Source: Hypanus sabinus (taxonomy: Eukaryota). From it: DNA of 64,000 bases. The notes below the pieces were generated by a model, which saw nothing but the letters and a program-made list of their open reading frames with translations, made no database searches and was not told the DNA's origin. The stretch lies in NCBI RefSeq assembly GCF_030144855.1, contig NC_082708.1:87730001-87794000 (forward strand), read 5' to 3'. A program made the position numbers and the translations under genes. Positions 1 to 12,640 of the stretch are shown in pieces; the stretch's first letter is position 1; each line of letters opens with the position of its first letter.

Positions 1-2184
1 AATTTATACCCGGAAAAATTACTAAACTGAGCCAACAATGATATAACTGCAGGAATGGATTTCTCAGGGTCAGAAATATATAATAACAAGTCATCTGCGT
101 ATAATGATAACATGTATATCCATCCCGTGAGTAATGCCAAAAATATTAGGTGATTCTCTAATAGCAATTGCCAAAGGTTCTATAGCAATATCAAATAATA
201 ATGGACTAAGAGGACAACCTCGCCTGGTACCCCGAAATAAATAAAAAAAGGGAGATCTTTGATTGTTAGTAAAAACCGAGGCTACTGGAGTATAATATAT
301 CAATTTAATCCAGGATATAAATGTCGGACTAAAATTAAACTTCTCAAACACAGTAAATAAATATGGCCATTCAACTCTATCAAATGCTTTCTCCGCATCT
401 AGTGAAATGACACATCCTGAGGTGCAGCATGAAGGAGTATAAACAATATTCAATAATCTCCTAATATTGAAAAAATAGAGATTTTTAATAAAACCAGTTT
501 GATCCTCTGAGATAATTTGAGGTAATTCCTTCTCCAACCTGGTCGCCAGTAACTTGGAAAAGATCTTGGAATCTACATTCAATAAGGATATTGGTCTATA
601 GGATGCACAATCAGTAGGGTCTTTATCTTTTTTCAATATTAAAGAAATGGAAACTCTATAAAAAGATTGTGGGAATTTACCTAGTCTAATTGCTTCTTCA
701 AAAACCTTGCATAACCAAGGAGAAAGAGTAGAGGAAAAACACTTTAAAAATTCCACTGTATACCCATCTGGACCTGGTGCTTTCCCAGAATTCATAGAGG
801 AAATAACACCTTTAATTTCTACATCCGTAATAGGAGTTTCTAATATTAAAAATTCTTCTGATACTAATTTTGGAAAATTCAATTTCCCAAGAAAATCATG
901 CATGGTATTATGATCATGAGGAAATTCAGAATGATACAGGGAGGTATAAAAATCTTGAAAGGATTTGTTTACCTCATCATGGTTAACCGTCAGTTCACCA
1001 TTCTGTTGACAAATCTTAATAATTTGACGTTTAACCCAAGCATTTTTCAATTGGTTAGCTAACAGTTTACCTGATTTATCACTATGTATATAAAAATCAG
1101 TTCTGGTTTTCATTAATTGATTTTCAATTGAAGATGTAAGTAATAAACAGTGTTCCATTTGAAGCTCAATCCTTTGTTTGTAAAGCTCCTTACTAGGAGC
1201 AATTGAATATTTCTTGTCAATTTCTTTAATCTTATCAACCAATAAAAGAGTTTCCTTCTTAATATGTTTTCTCAAACCAACAGAATAGGAGATAATCTGT
1301 CCACGTATATATGCTTTAAAAGTGTCCCAAAGAATTCCACAGGAAATTTCATTCGTGGAATTAGTTGAAAAGAAGAAATCAATCTGTTCCTTCATAAGTT
1401 TAATGAAATCCGGATCTTGCAGTAAGATAGAATCAAATTGCCATTGCTTAGTACTAGAAGCTGTATCCATTAATTTAATAGAAAGTTTCATTGGAGCATG
1501 ATCAGAAATGGCTATAATGTCATAATTACAACCAGTTACAGATGAAATAAAATGAGAGTCAATAAAAAATAGTCAATTCTTGAGTAAGAATGATAAACAT
1601 GTGAGAAAAATGAAAACTCTTTATCCTTAGGATGCAGAAATCTCCAACTATCGAAAATTCCATTATCAGTCAAAAAAGAATTGATATAAGTGGCCGATTT
1701 ATTTAGTAAAGTCTAAATGGGTATAGATTTATCCAGCAAAGGATTTAAAAAACAGTTGAAGTCACCACCCATTATTAAAATATATTCACTTAGATTAGGT
1801 AAAGAAGTAAAAAAGATTTAAAGAAATCAGGATAACCCACATTTGGAGCATAAGCATTAACCATAGCAACCTTCTTATTAAAAAGTAACCCAGTAATTAA
1901 CAAAAATCTACCACTCGGATCCGAAATACTATCGTGTTGAACAAATGTAATAGAGGAGTCAATAAAAATTAAAACTCTTTTTACTTTAGCATTCGAATTC
2001 AAAAGGTACTGTTGACCCTTCCAAAACCTAAAAAAAATTGATTGTCCTCTTTCCTCAAATGAGTTTCTTGTACAAAAATAATAAGCGCATTCAGTCTTTG
2101 GAATACTTTAAAAATCTTTTTCCATTTAATCGGATGGTTTATGCCATTAGTATTCCAAGAGACAAAATTAATGGTCTGAACCAT
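1..2184 (-). mobile_element. L1-clade LINE ORF2 (APE endonuclease + reverse transcriptase), frameshifted, runs off the left edge
   Basis: ORF 1999..2184 MVQTINFVSWNTNGINHPIK...IFVQETHL (APE N-terminus). 1790..2002 DPSGRF...NAYAPN. 91..1491 carries KAPGPDG, SYRPISLLNVDSKI, SLDAEKAFDRVEW and RGTRRGCPLSPLLF (L1 RT motifs). Confidence 0.95.
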
Positions 2185-3074
2185 ATTTCTAAAATCAACC
2201 CTTTGGTATATAAAGAGTTAACCAAAGTATGAACTCATGCACCCGGAAGAGGAACAAAAATAAGGGGAGGATCCGGAAATGATGACACGGCAGACATTTT
2301 AGTAGTTTGAAATCAGCCCAAATGAAAAAACTAGAAAAACTAATAAAAAAAGCAATAGGATTAGAAAGGAAACCCCCGCCCACCACCCACAAAAAAGAGA
2401 CCCTCCTGAGCCTGAAGGAGGCCAGGAAAAAAGAAAATTGTGAGACTAAATCTACCCCCATGTCTCCAGAAGGCGACTCCAGATATATAAAGGAGAAAAA
2501 AAAGATCCACCCAAACTAAGCACATCTATCTTTGTTTCCTCTCCTCAGGGTACCTCCTGGCCTTGGACCCCCGCTTGGGGTCCATTCCTCACCAAGTTTA
2601 CAGCATCGCATCCTCTCGCTCTCACCCCCTCACGCCGATCTCCCCAAAAGCCCGCCAACAATAGCTTACAGACTCAGAAGAAAGAACAAAATTAATCCCA
2701 ATTGGTTTACAAAGCAATACAATTCTCGTTATCAGTAAATTTTAACCCAAACAAGCTTCCAGCACTCTCTCGCAACAAAGAAGCATTCCTACTTTTAACA
2801 AAACAAAGAAGCCATTTTGATTAACTTACGCAGTAACAAAGAAAAAGAAGAAGCCCCCTTTACCAGTATGAAATTTGTGCGGCAAGTATCTTGTGTATTA
2901 GGAGTGACATTAACTTTTAAGGCCAGTGGGAATGCCAGTGAGTATTGCTGTACACTTGTTGACAATGGAAATAATTATTACAGGAAGTACTCTACTAGGC
3001 AGGGTGATGATAAATCCATTTTGCACATTTATTATATATACACAGAAGCCAACAAAAGATGAGATATTTTTCAC

Positions 3075-3230
3075 AAACAAGATAAAATCTGCAGATGCTG
3101 GAAATCTGGGCAGCACATATAAAATGCTAGAGGAGTTCAGCAAGCCAGGCAGCATTTATGGAAAAGAGTACAGTCAATAAATGCTGTCTGGTCTGCTGAG
3201 TTCCTCCAACATTTTTTTGTGTATTGCTAC
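3075..3230. repeat. Palindromic remnant of Penelope family B terminal repeat (two inverted copies)
   Basis: aaatctgcagatgctggaaat...aaaatgctagaggagttcagcaagccaggcagcattta matches 59567-59640 and is followed by its imperfect reverse complement at 3178-3227. Confidence 0.75.
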
Positions 3231-4139
3231 CTTTCAGTCTCGATAAATACTGTACCTGGCATATTGAATAGGCAGTGGAAAGATTGAAACATTTCAACTA
3301 TTTACAGAGTTGGTTGAATAATGATAAAGCTGCAGCAGTCGTAGAAAATATTGTCACCCTTAACACACTTTCAAAAAGTGACACCTGTTGTGACAAGTTC
3401 TATTTCTGACATGGCTAGAGACCATAGCTGGTGGATTTACAATCAAACTGGCACATTTTCTGTATTCTGGGAATGCTGCTGCAGGTGAGAAATTTGCCTG
3501 CAATATTGTTGCATTTAACACATTTACTAATTCTGTGCACCACAGCTATAGAGGACACAATTATTAAGAGTAGGCAGACAATAACTTCTGCAAGAACCCA
3601 CTAACCTTGTCCTTCTAGGTCACCCTTTTACAACCTTTTTATCCTGAGGGACCCTTGAAATGATTTTCAGGTCTCAGGGAAAAATAAAGATTATTATATC
3701 TACAGCATGCAGTGCATTAGCATGATGAGTAAGTTGTTGATACAATAATGTAAAAATAATTGTCAATACTCTTTTAGGTAGGGAATTAATTTTTAGCCAA
3801 CTTTTCTTGAAAAAAAATCAGGTAGTTAATCTTACTTACCTTTCTTGAAATTCATCTCTTTCTGTCCCTTTCAGAATCTAGGTGCTTGTTTAAGACTTGC
3901 TCCAAAAAGTCTTTGTGACGTATGACAGTATATTTTGTGGGTGCTACACCAGATATCATAATCTGCTGGTGTTGGTGATAATTAATGTTTCTAAAGAGGG
4001 ATGGAGTATTAATTCTGCATTTTTATGACTGATACCTTTGTACAATTAGCATTATTGTCATCTGGAAAAGTAGGAAATATTCCATCAGACTGCTAATGTT
4101 TTTTTTTGGTTCATGGCATACCTTTAGATAAGTAGATAG

Positions 4140-4375
4140 AGGATGATCTGCAAGAATGGCCAAAAAGCCATCAATTTCCTCATCCAGATCATTGACATAC
4201 AATATGAATGAAACGGTTCCAACACTGACCCCTGTGACATACCAGTATCTGGTTGGACATTGACGGCCAATCAAAAAAGGCCCAATTAATTCTTATTCTT
4301 TGCCTCCTGCCAATCAGCCTACCTCTACCATGCTATCGCCTTTCTCTTAATACCACGGGCTCTTCAAAGTTAAAC
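4140..4375 (-). mobile_element. Degenerate CR1 LINE RT fragment
   Basis: ORF 4023..4274 contains VSVGTVSFILYVNDLDEEIDGFLAILAD, a decayed QGSVLGP...YINDLD...FADD motif. Confidence 0.75.
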
Positions 4376-4379
4376 ATTA

Positions 4380-4995
4380 AAAATAGATTTATTATTAAGT
4401 CCATATATGTCACCTGAAATTCAATAAATCCAGAATAGAATGACAACATAAAAGTATCAATGTAAGTCTGCACCAATGTGAGCATTGAACCAGTGTTGAA
4501 AAGACAAGCAACTGTGCAAATACAAAAAGAAAGAAATAATAACAAATAAATAAACAATAAACATGGAGAACATGAAATGAAGAGTCCTTCAAAGTGTGTT
4601 CATCGGTTATGGGAGCAACAGTGGGGCAAATGAAGTTGAATTAGTTTCTTCCTTTTGGTTCTTCAAGAGCCTGACAGTTGAAGGGTAATAAGTGTTCTGG
4701 AACACAGTGGTGTGAATCCTGATGCTTTTGTATCTTCTTCCTGATGGCAACAGTGAGAACAGTGCATTACCTGTGTGGTGGGGATCCCTGATGATGGATG
4801 CTGCTTTTCTATGACAATAGGTATAGGTTTTCTCAAAGGTGGGGAGGGTTTTACTCTTGATAGACTGGGTCACATACACTACTTTTTGTAGGATTTTCCA
4901 TTCAAGGGCATTGTTGTTTCCATAGCAGGCTGTGATGCAGGCTGTCAATAGACTCTCCACCACACATCTATAAAGGTCAGTCAAAGTTCTGAAGA
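4380..4995 (-). mobile_element. Rex-Babar LINE 3' fragment (ORF2 C-terminus + 3' UTR)
   Basis: ORF 4607..5098 contains YRCVVESLLTACITACYGN...RKAASIIRDPHHTGNALFSLLPSGRRYKSI, the typical Rex1/Babar C-terminal domain. Confidence 0.85.
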
Positions 4996-5019
4996 AACTT
5001 TGAAGAAAGGGAAAGAACA

Positions 5020-5600
5020 GCAACACCGGGGGAGGTGTTGGGCAGATAAGGAGATGAAGTGAGAGAGGGAAATGGGGATGGTGAATGAATGGGGGCAATT
5101 AACAGAATTTTCAGAAATTGATGCTCATGCAATTTGGTTGGAGGCTACCCAGATGGATTATAAGGTATTGCTCCTCTAACCTAAGAGATACCTCATCAAG
5201 GAAACAGCGGAGGCATGGACTGCCATCTCAAAATCGGAAGGGGAAGTAGGTTTGAAGTGGGTGGCCACCACCAGATCTCGCTTTTTCTCCCCCTCCCTTT
5301 CCTTCCATGGTCTTCTACCCACTCCTATCAGATTTTCCATTCTCCAGCTCCTTTATCTTATTCACCTATCAGCTTCCCAGCTCTTTACTTCACCCCTCTC
5401 CCATTTCCCTTATCACCTACCACCTTGTCCCTCTTCCTCCCCTCCCCCCACTTTCTTGCTTTTATCTAGTCCAGACCTTCTTACATCTCCACCCCACCCC
5501 CCAGTTCTGATGAAGGGTCTCAGCCCAAAACATTGACTACTTACACTTTTGTATAGAGCTGCCTAGCCTGCTGAGTTCCAGCATTCTGTCTGTGATTCTC
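5020..5600. mobile_element. Penelope-like family B fragment: minus-strand piece (about 5020-5280) joined to an inverted plus-strand terminal repeat (about 5281-5600)
   Basis: 5080-5200 resembles 60020-60155. 5281-5595 is the reverse-complement counterpart of 59590-59870 and includes a decayed hammerhead core. Confidence 0.75.
5503..5538 (+). ncRNA. Decayed minimal hammerhead ribozyme motif (PLE family B)
   Basis: agtt CTGATGA a GGGtctcagCCC aAAAC att gact. G12 is changed to A and the cleavage triplet is altered, so it is likely inactive. Confidence 0.6.
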
Positions 5601-6399
5601 CATAGTCCTTTGGTCAAGGCATACATTTTCAGGGATTCCATGTGGACTTCTGCTGAAAAGAACAATATTCACCCAAAGTAGATTACAGAGGTTATGTACC
5701 TTTCCTGCATGTACCATGGATGAAATGTCGTCTGGAATTCAATGTCATGCTTCTTATGCACGCTGTTTTTGCTCTAATCATGTTGTAAACTTAATGAAAC
5801 TAAGTGGCTTCAAACATATACTTGTTCCATCATATCCATAGCTGTTTCAATTGGAGTAAGCTAGTGGTCAGTCAAAAACGTTAAAGAATTTCTCAGGGAA
5901 AGATATTCAAAACTTCACAGTATATATACAAAATATCATTTAGTAAGTTTCTTGCTGAAGCACAGAAAGAAATCTGCTCTGTAATTGAGTAATTCAGAAT
6001 ATGGTTAAATTACTGGATTAACACCCAAAGTTTTGGGCTATTGTTCCAAAGAGGGGTGATTGAATACCAGAATGACAACTGGAAAGTTTATATTCAAGTA
6101 CTGATCCTTATTTTGGCAAGTTATTTTTACTTTACTGTTGAAAGTATATAAAAGAGGTATGGATAGAATTTGTTATGTAAAAGTAAAGAGCAGTGATAAA
6201 TGTTTAACATATACTCAAATTGCATTACACTTGTATGTGTGAATATGCTGTAATCTAATTGGTCAAGACATCATATAGTATCTTGTTTAAATGCAGGGCA
6301 TTTTAATGTATAACATTTTAATGTATATTTGCTGTGTCTTAATATTTTGTTTAAGATTTAAACCCATCTCTATATCAGTCATTTGAAAAAAACTCACAA

Positions 6400-6757
6400 T
6401 GTCACTGTCATTGAGAGTACATCTATACAGGAAAGTGGCATCCATCATCAAGGACCCCCCACTACCCAGACCATGCTCTTTTCTCTCAACTTCACTTGCC
6501 CCAGTACTGAACTGTTCTCAAAACCTTTAACTCTCTTTCATGGACTCTTCATCTCAGTTTTCGATATTTACTGCTTTTTTGCACTTTTGGCTTTGCACAC
6601 ATTGTTGCCTTTTGCACATTGGCCATTTGTATGTCCTGCTTCATTGATTCTATTGTATTTCTTGGATTTACTCTGCATGTCTGCAAAAAAATGAATCTCA
6701 GAGTTATATCTGGTGACACATATGTACTTTGATAACAAATTTACTTTGAAGTTTGAG
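6400..6757 (+). mobile_element. Rex-Babar LINE 3' end fragment
   Basis: ggaaagtggcatccatcatcaaggacccccactacccagaccatgctctt (KAASIIKDPHHP-like), followed by the tail ...atgtactttgataacaaatttactttgaagtttga. Confidence 0.75.
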
Positions 6758-8451
6758 TGGGATATTCCACCTACAGCTTGTAAATCTGTAAAGGCGAATG
6801 TGGGGGTGGGAGAGGAATTACAACAGGAGTAGTAGTACAAGGTAGAACTCTATCACTGCAGATGCTTGCCAAAGTACTTTGCGTCTTCTCTACTAAGTTC
6901 CTTGTTCCCTGGTATCTTCTCCTACATTTAAAAGGTAAATGTGTTAATAACTACCTTGTAATTTGTCTTGGTGATGAGCATGAAGCTCGGACATGGTTTG
7001 GTGATGTAATAGAGTTTATGGATATTGAGTAGAGGTTATGTTTGATAAAGGTTGATTTAGGTGATTGAGTAGTACACTTTGATGGAGCAGTGCATATTCT
7101 AAATGTTGAGAAATTAAATTTATTGATTCCTTCCCCAACTATTGTTTTCCTTGTGACATCCTTAATCTTCATCTAGCATGATGCAGGTACTTCAACTCTA
7201 ATCCAGAGCTCATGTGTTACCTCCTGAACCCAATCTTTCATACCACCTCAATGATCAAGAGAGTCAGAGTTAGGTGGGAAAATCCATTTTCAATTCACAT
7301 CCATGGCCCATTATGATTTTCATCGACTTTTTGAAAACTGCAGAGCTGGCAAAATCTGTGAAAGATTTGTAGTCATGTTTCCATTTAATACCGTTTGGTT
7401 TCAGCTGATGATAGCCTTTCACAAAACAGACTATGCGTGTATGATCTAATGCAATAAAAAAAATCTGAGTTGGTTATTGCTGTCAGATTTTAAGATCATG
7501 GTACTAAGGTTTCAACAAACATTTTGCTGGCTTCCTAAATCAGGTGCTTCTTATGTACAGTATGTATCTTGATCCCAGTGCATATTTTTCAGAAGCGATC
7601 TATATTTTGATCTCCTGAGTAAGCTTTTCATTGCAGACTCAGCCTGTGATGGAATAAGATTGGAATTTACTAATACCGCTCACTATCACCAGTGCCTTGC
7701 ACTGAAAAAATCACAAAATGAAGCAACAGTAATAAAAGGGACTATTTTTCCAATTGAGTCTATGCCAGCATCTTGAATTATTCATTTCCCATGTTCTTTC
7801 CCAAACACTTGCAAATTGTTGCTGTCATTTTCTTATCTAACACCTTTTAAAGAACTATTCTTGATTTACTTTCAACAATCGTCTCAGCAACACATTCAAA
7901 GTTACATCAGCTCACAATGGATTTTCTTTTTACCTGAATGGCAACTACATGCTTTTGCTCATCATTTTATGTCTGTTTTCTCTGTTAATGACTCTTCAGC
8001 CATGGGAAAATATATTCCATTTTCTATGCCTGCTCTGCCAAAGTAATTCATGGCTTTGAAGCCCTTTGTTATAAATTTTATTATTTTGCCTTTATTATAC
8101 TTCCTATTACAATTTCTGCTGTACAAGAATTGAACTAAGAGACAAAGGGAAGAATTCATCTTCACTTGTTAGAATATGTTCTATTAACCTTTGTACATTT
8201 AATTTCAGATGGAGAGAAAATGGACAATAATATTCCATGTGTTTATAGACAGCAACCCAAAATTTTATTTTGTTTTCAGGTGGAATTGGAAGACAGAGTA
8301 AGGTCAGTGATGGAGGCAGAGAACAATACAGAAAAAGAACTGAAAAACATGTTTGATTCCACCTTCCTTTCTTCTCTTCCTTAATGGTTCCCATCATCTT
8401 TTTCCTCATTCATCAGATTTCACCACTGGTAGGCCTGTGTTCCCAGTTATA

Positions 8452-8800
8452 ATATGATGAGAGGCATTGGTTGTGTGATACCCAGAGGGTTTTTCCCAGG
8501 GCTGAAATGGCTCACACAAGGGGGCATAGTTCTAAGGTACTTGGAAGTAGGTACAGAAGAGATGTCAGGGGTACGTTTTTCCACACAGAGAGTAGTGGGT
8601 GCATGGAATGCACTGCCAGTGGCAGAGGTGGAAGTGGATATAATATGATCTTTTAAGAGACTTACATAGGTACGAAGAGTTTAGAAAAACAGAGGGCTAT
8701 GCAGTAGGGAAATTCTAGGCACTTTCTAGAGTAGGTTACATAGTCGGCTTAACATTATGGGCTGAAGGGCCTGTAATGTGCTGTACATTTCTATGTTCTA
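8452..8800 (+). mobile_element. CR1 LINE 3' end
   Basis: MMRGI...FPRAEMAHTRGHS...FSTQRVVGAWNALP, then a 3' UTR with gggctgaagggcctgt and a ttctatgttcta tail. Confidence 0.85.
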
Positions 8801-9456
8801 ACAACTCCAATGTGTCTTCACTCTCACCCTTCTCTCTGCCAGCTGGCTCCATCCTCAATATTTTCATTCTTTCCAAATTCCCTATATTTTCCACTCAATA
8901 TTTCCTGCATCTTTGATTTACCTTGGCCTTGATCATTTCATGATTCTCTCACCATATCCTAAATAATTTCAAGATAATTTCCCTTCCCCTCCATATATAT
9001 TTTGGACACCCTTCCTTCATTTTCATTATCACAAAGGGAGCAGAAGAATTGAGGTCAATTGCTTGGATTGTGCACAAAAGCCAAGTTTCTATTTCGTGCT
9101 GGGTACATATTGGAGTTTTGGACTTTTCTGTTTTGTACCAAAGTGGATCAGGAACTCAGAGATAGTGAGGAGAAGCAAGCCAGACATAAATAATCCAAAA
9201 CATTTTTGACCCTGCAATCATGTAATGGCAACTTATCATGGAAGTATTGAATCTTCAACTGATATTCTCCCTTCTGTGACATTAGCAGAGGACTTAACGT
9301 CTCTTGAGGTAAGTGGATTAGCAATGCAACAAAAATTAAGAGAGTAAAGTCATGCACCTTGACAGCCATTTGCAGTCAGTCACTGTATGTTTTGATGTAC
9401 ACATGATAAATAAATCTGAGTCATTTTGGATCATTTCAGAGTTAGATTTAATATTG

Positions 9457-9460
<4 letters not shown>

Positions 9461-9521
<61 letters not shown>
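9461..9521. repeat. (TA)n-(CA)n compound microsatellite
   Basis: Directly visible. Confidence 0.97.
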
Positions 9522-9522
<1 letters not shown>

Positions 9523-9754
9523 TAATTGTAAAATTTTAATATTGTAATATTAGAGTAATTACTGTAAGCAAGGTAGAATTTTACTACTTTTGTAAGAAGA
9601 AACCAAGGTACAAAGCAAGGAAACTAGATGTAACAATTTTCAGGTTTAAAACATACAGATATTACCTCCAGTTCTTTTTCTATGCTGAAGTATGGAAGTT
9701 ATTCACTTCCTGACTTTGAACTCTATCACTCTGGAACTAAGATCTGCAGGTTAC

Positions 9755-11570
9755 TAGGATAGATCTTCAGTTGATGACAGCCAGAAGCCTGATGTTCTTC
9801 ACCCTTTCTACCCTGACTCCTCAATAAAGGTTGCTATGTTTTCTCCTGACTTCAGTTTCAGATTCAGATTCAGAATCAGTTTATTGTCATTTAGAAACCA
9901 CAAATGCAATGAAGTTAAAAAATGAGACAACGTTCCTCCAGAATGATATCACAAAACCACATGACAAAAACAGACTACACCAGAAAATCCACACAACTTT
10001 TGGCAATCCCCAATCCAGAGTCTGGAGAGACTGCTGCGTATTAATATCGCACTACCTTCTTAGCGCATTTCCCGGAAAGTAGCTCCAAATCCACCAGACA
10101 AAACAAGACCAAAAACCAAAACTACAAGACCTGCATAAAACCACATAGTTACAACATATAGTTACAACATTGCAAACAATAGCATAATTGATAGAAAAAA
10201 AGACCATGGGCACAGTAAAAATAGTCCAGAGATGTTAAAAGACTATAAGTTTGAAAGAAACCACCACACAGTTTCCACAAGTCCTCAGGGTCCTGATAGA
10301 CTCATCATTCCACGCAGGCGGCAGAAGGGAATACCCCTGCTATGGACTTCCACGGAGCCGCAGAACTCAGCCTTGCAGATGCAGCTGATAATGAAAGCCC
10401 CGTCGAACCCAGCCTCGCAGACACAGCAGACAGTGAAAGCGCTCCAACCGCAGCAGACTCTGAGTCCATCAAATCTCCGAGCCTCCGACCATCCCCTCTG
10501 GCACTGCTTCTCCGAGCACCATCCTCTGCCGAGCGTATTAAGATGGCCCTGCCAACAGCCTCTGGCAACACAACCCCGAGGACTTGGGGCCTGATCTTCT
10601 CAGCAGAGACCCTGGGCCTCACAGCAGCAGCAGCAATGAAGAGGGCCTTCCTGGAGATTTCCAGATGTTCCTCCGTGCTCCCACATCCGTTTTTCATCAG
10701 ATTAGGATTGAGCACGGCACCCTGCTTAACAAATACAGATATCAGCTCCAGAGTGGCCGCTGCAAGCTGCTGCGTTGCGTCGCCATCTTCTGTTGTGAAG
10801 TCCATAATCATTTCTTTAATCTTGCTGATATTTTGAGTAAGATTGTAGTTGTGACACCACTCAATCAACTGACCCATCTTTAATCTGAAAGTTTTCTCAT
10901 CTCTGCCTAAGATTCTGGTAACAATAATGATGTCACTGACAAGTCTATAGTGTCTGAGCTGGCTCTGATCCCCAAATACGAGTGTATACAGATTAGTACA
11001 GTGGGCTAAGCATGCATCCCTGAGGTGTGCCTGTGTTAATAGTCAATGAGGAGTAGATTCTATCAGCAAACCACATAGACAGTGGTCTCCCAATAAGAAC
11101 ATCAGCTGCAAAAGGTGGTAGAGAGACCTAGGTTTTGAAGATTGGTGACTAGTAGTCAGTGGATAGTTGCAGTGAACAGCAAGCTATAGTTGATAAACAA
11201 TAGATTTAGATACTATATGTTTTGCTGTTTTCCAGGTGCTCCGAAGCAAAGTGGAGAGCCAGTGAGATTGCAGCCACTGTGGACCTGCTGCAGTAGTAAA
11301 TGACTTGTAGTAGGCCCAGCTACTTTCTCAGGCAGATGCAAATTCCAGTCATAACCAACATTGTGAAACACTTCATTAGGGTAGATGTAAGTGCTACTGT
11401 ACAATAGACATTGGGGCAGCCCACCTGCTCTTTGGGATCCAGTAAAATTGCTGCCATGTTGAAGGAGATGGATACCTCAGAATGCAGCAATGAGGTTGAA
11501 AATGCCCTTGAATACTCCAAGCAATTGGTCAACACAGCTTTTCAGTACCCAACCAGGTATGCTGTTAGGG
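9755..11570 (-). mobile_element. Degenerate Rex-Babar RT region, split by an insertion at about 9853-10790
   Basis: QLIEWCHNYNLTQNISKIKEMIMDF (10790-10877) continues on the other side of the insert as a KSGE..VERVK..FL...EDLS-like sequence (9755-9852). VALTSTLMKCF at about 11370-11400. Confidence 0.75.
9853..10790 (-). mobile_element. Non-autonomous retroelement with AAGATGGCG head and Rex-Babar-type 3' tail
   Basis: The minus-strand 5' end is AAGATGGCGACGC (10789 downward). The 3' end has AATAAA and (TCTGAA)n and matches the Rex tails at 26480-26570 and 36190-36270. There is no RT homology internally. Confidence 0.6.
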
Positions 11571-12359
11571 TCTTTATACAAGTTTAGACAGGATAAGTAG
11601 TATTTAGAGAAATACCTGAATTGTCAAGGCAGGAATATATAGAACGCTAATGTGGTGAAATGGATTTAGTTGAAATAGGCACAATGTGTCACAAACTCCT
11701 GTTCCCACTGGATCATGTGGGTAGACTTTACCACGAGTGTGGAAATGACCATGCATGTTTGCAGATCATTTGACTCATCTAGATCCTTGCAGGAATATCT
11801 TGGTCCCCCATTGGTCTGCACAAATGGTTGAGTCTGATATGTCACTTGCCATGTTTATCAATTATGTCAGGTTCACCCAGGAGGAATCCCACTCAGAATT
11901 AGTAAATCTCTTGTTCTGTCTGACCTCCTACACATGCAGACCATTCCTCACTGCACAAATAGTATGATCCAGTTAACCACAAAGTTACTTATTACATCAG
12001 CTGTGGTGCATTATAGAGCAAAAATTTTGTTCCTCCAGCACTGCTTTGAAACTTTGGTAATGATTTTGTCCAGTCCCTTTTAATCTGAATTTCAAGTGGC
12101 TGTTCATTAATAACTGACAGCTTTTCAGGTTTGGTTAAATATACCATGATAAACTTTACCAATGAAGATTAGGAATGGTATGATGATGGTTATTGAACAA
12201 CCAAAAGTGGTCTGTGGAAGAAAAAACAAATATTGAAGGTGCATTTCTGAATTCTGAAAATACCTGAGGGTGTCCTCTGGTGCAATTCTGAAGACTGAAA
12301 AGATTTGGAGATGTCCAGGTTTCTTAAGTGATTGTGCCATGCTGAACCCTGTTATGTAT

Positions 12360-12640
12360 TGTACAGCGCTGGTCAGCCTGACATAAGCAGTGGGAAGTTA
12401 GTAGAGGAAATTCTGAGAGACAGAATATGTATTTGGATATGCAATTCTTTGTACAAGAGAAGTCATGTTTGAATGTATGTAGGGCACTAGTTGTTGTCTA
12501 ATTGGACTTTAGCAAGTTCTTGCATCCTGCAAGATCCTGCATCTAAGCTTGTTTGGAAGGGTAGGTCCCATGGAGAGAGCTAGAGAAGATTCAAACTTGG
12601 CTTGACTGGAAGCAGAGGGTAATGGTTGAAGGCTGTTACA
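12360..12640 (+). mobile_element. Highly degenerate CR1 RT fragment
   Basis: ggtcagcctgacat..gtgggaagtt..gaaattctgagagacag and tggactttagcaag remnants of PVSLTS/VGK/MDFSKAF. Confidence 0.55.

Noticed and set aside
3620-3900. Minus-strand donor AAG|GTAAGT at about 3839 and a possible DNA-transposon remnant
   Set aside because: No open exon frame and no TIR/TSD pair could be established.
10232-10883. Cluster of overlapping 100-190 aa ORFs on both strands
   Set aside because: GC-rich, internally repetitive retroelement sequence with few stops and no recognisable domain, apart from the Rex RT piece at the start of 10305..10877.
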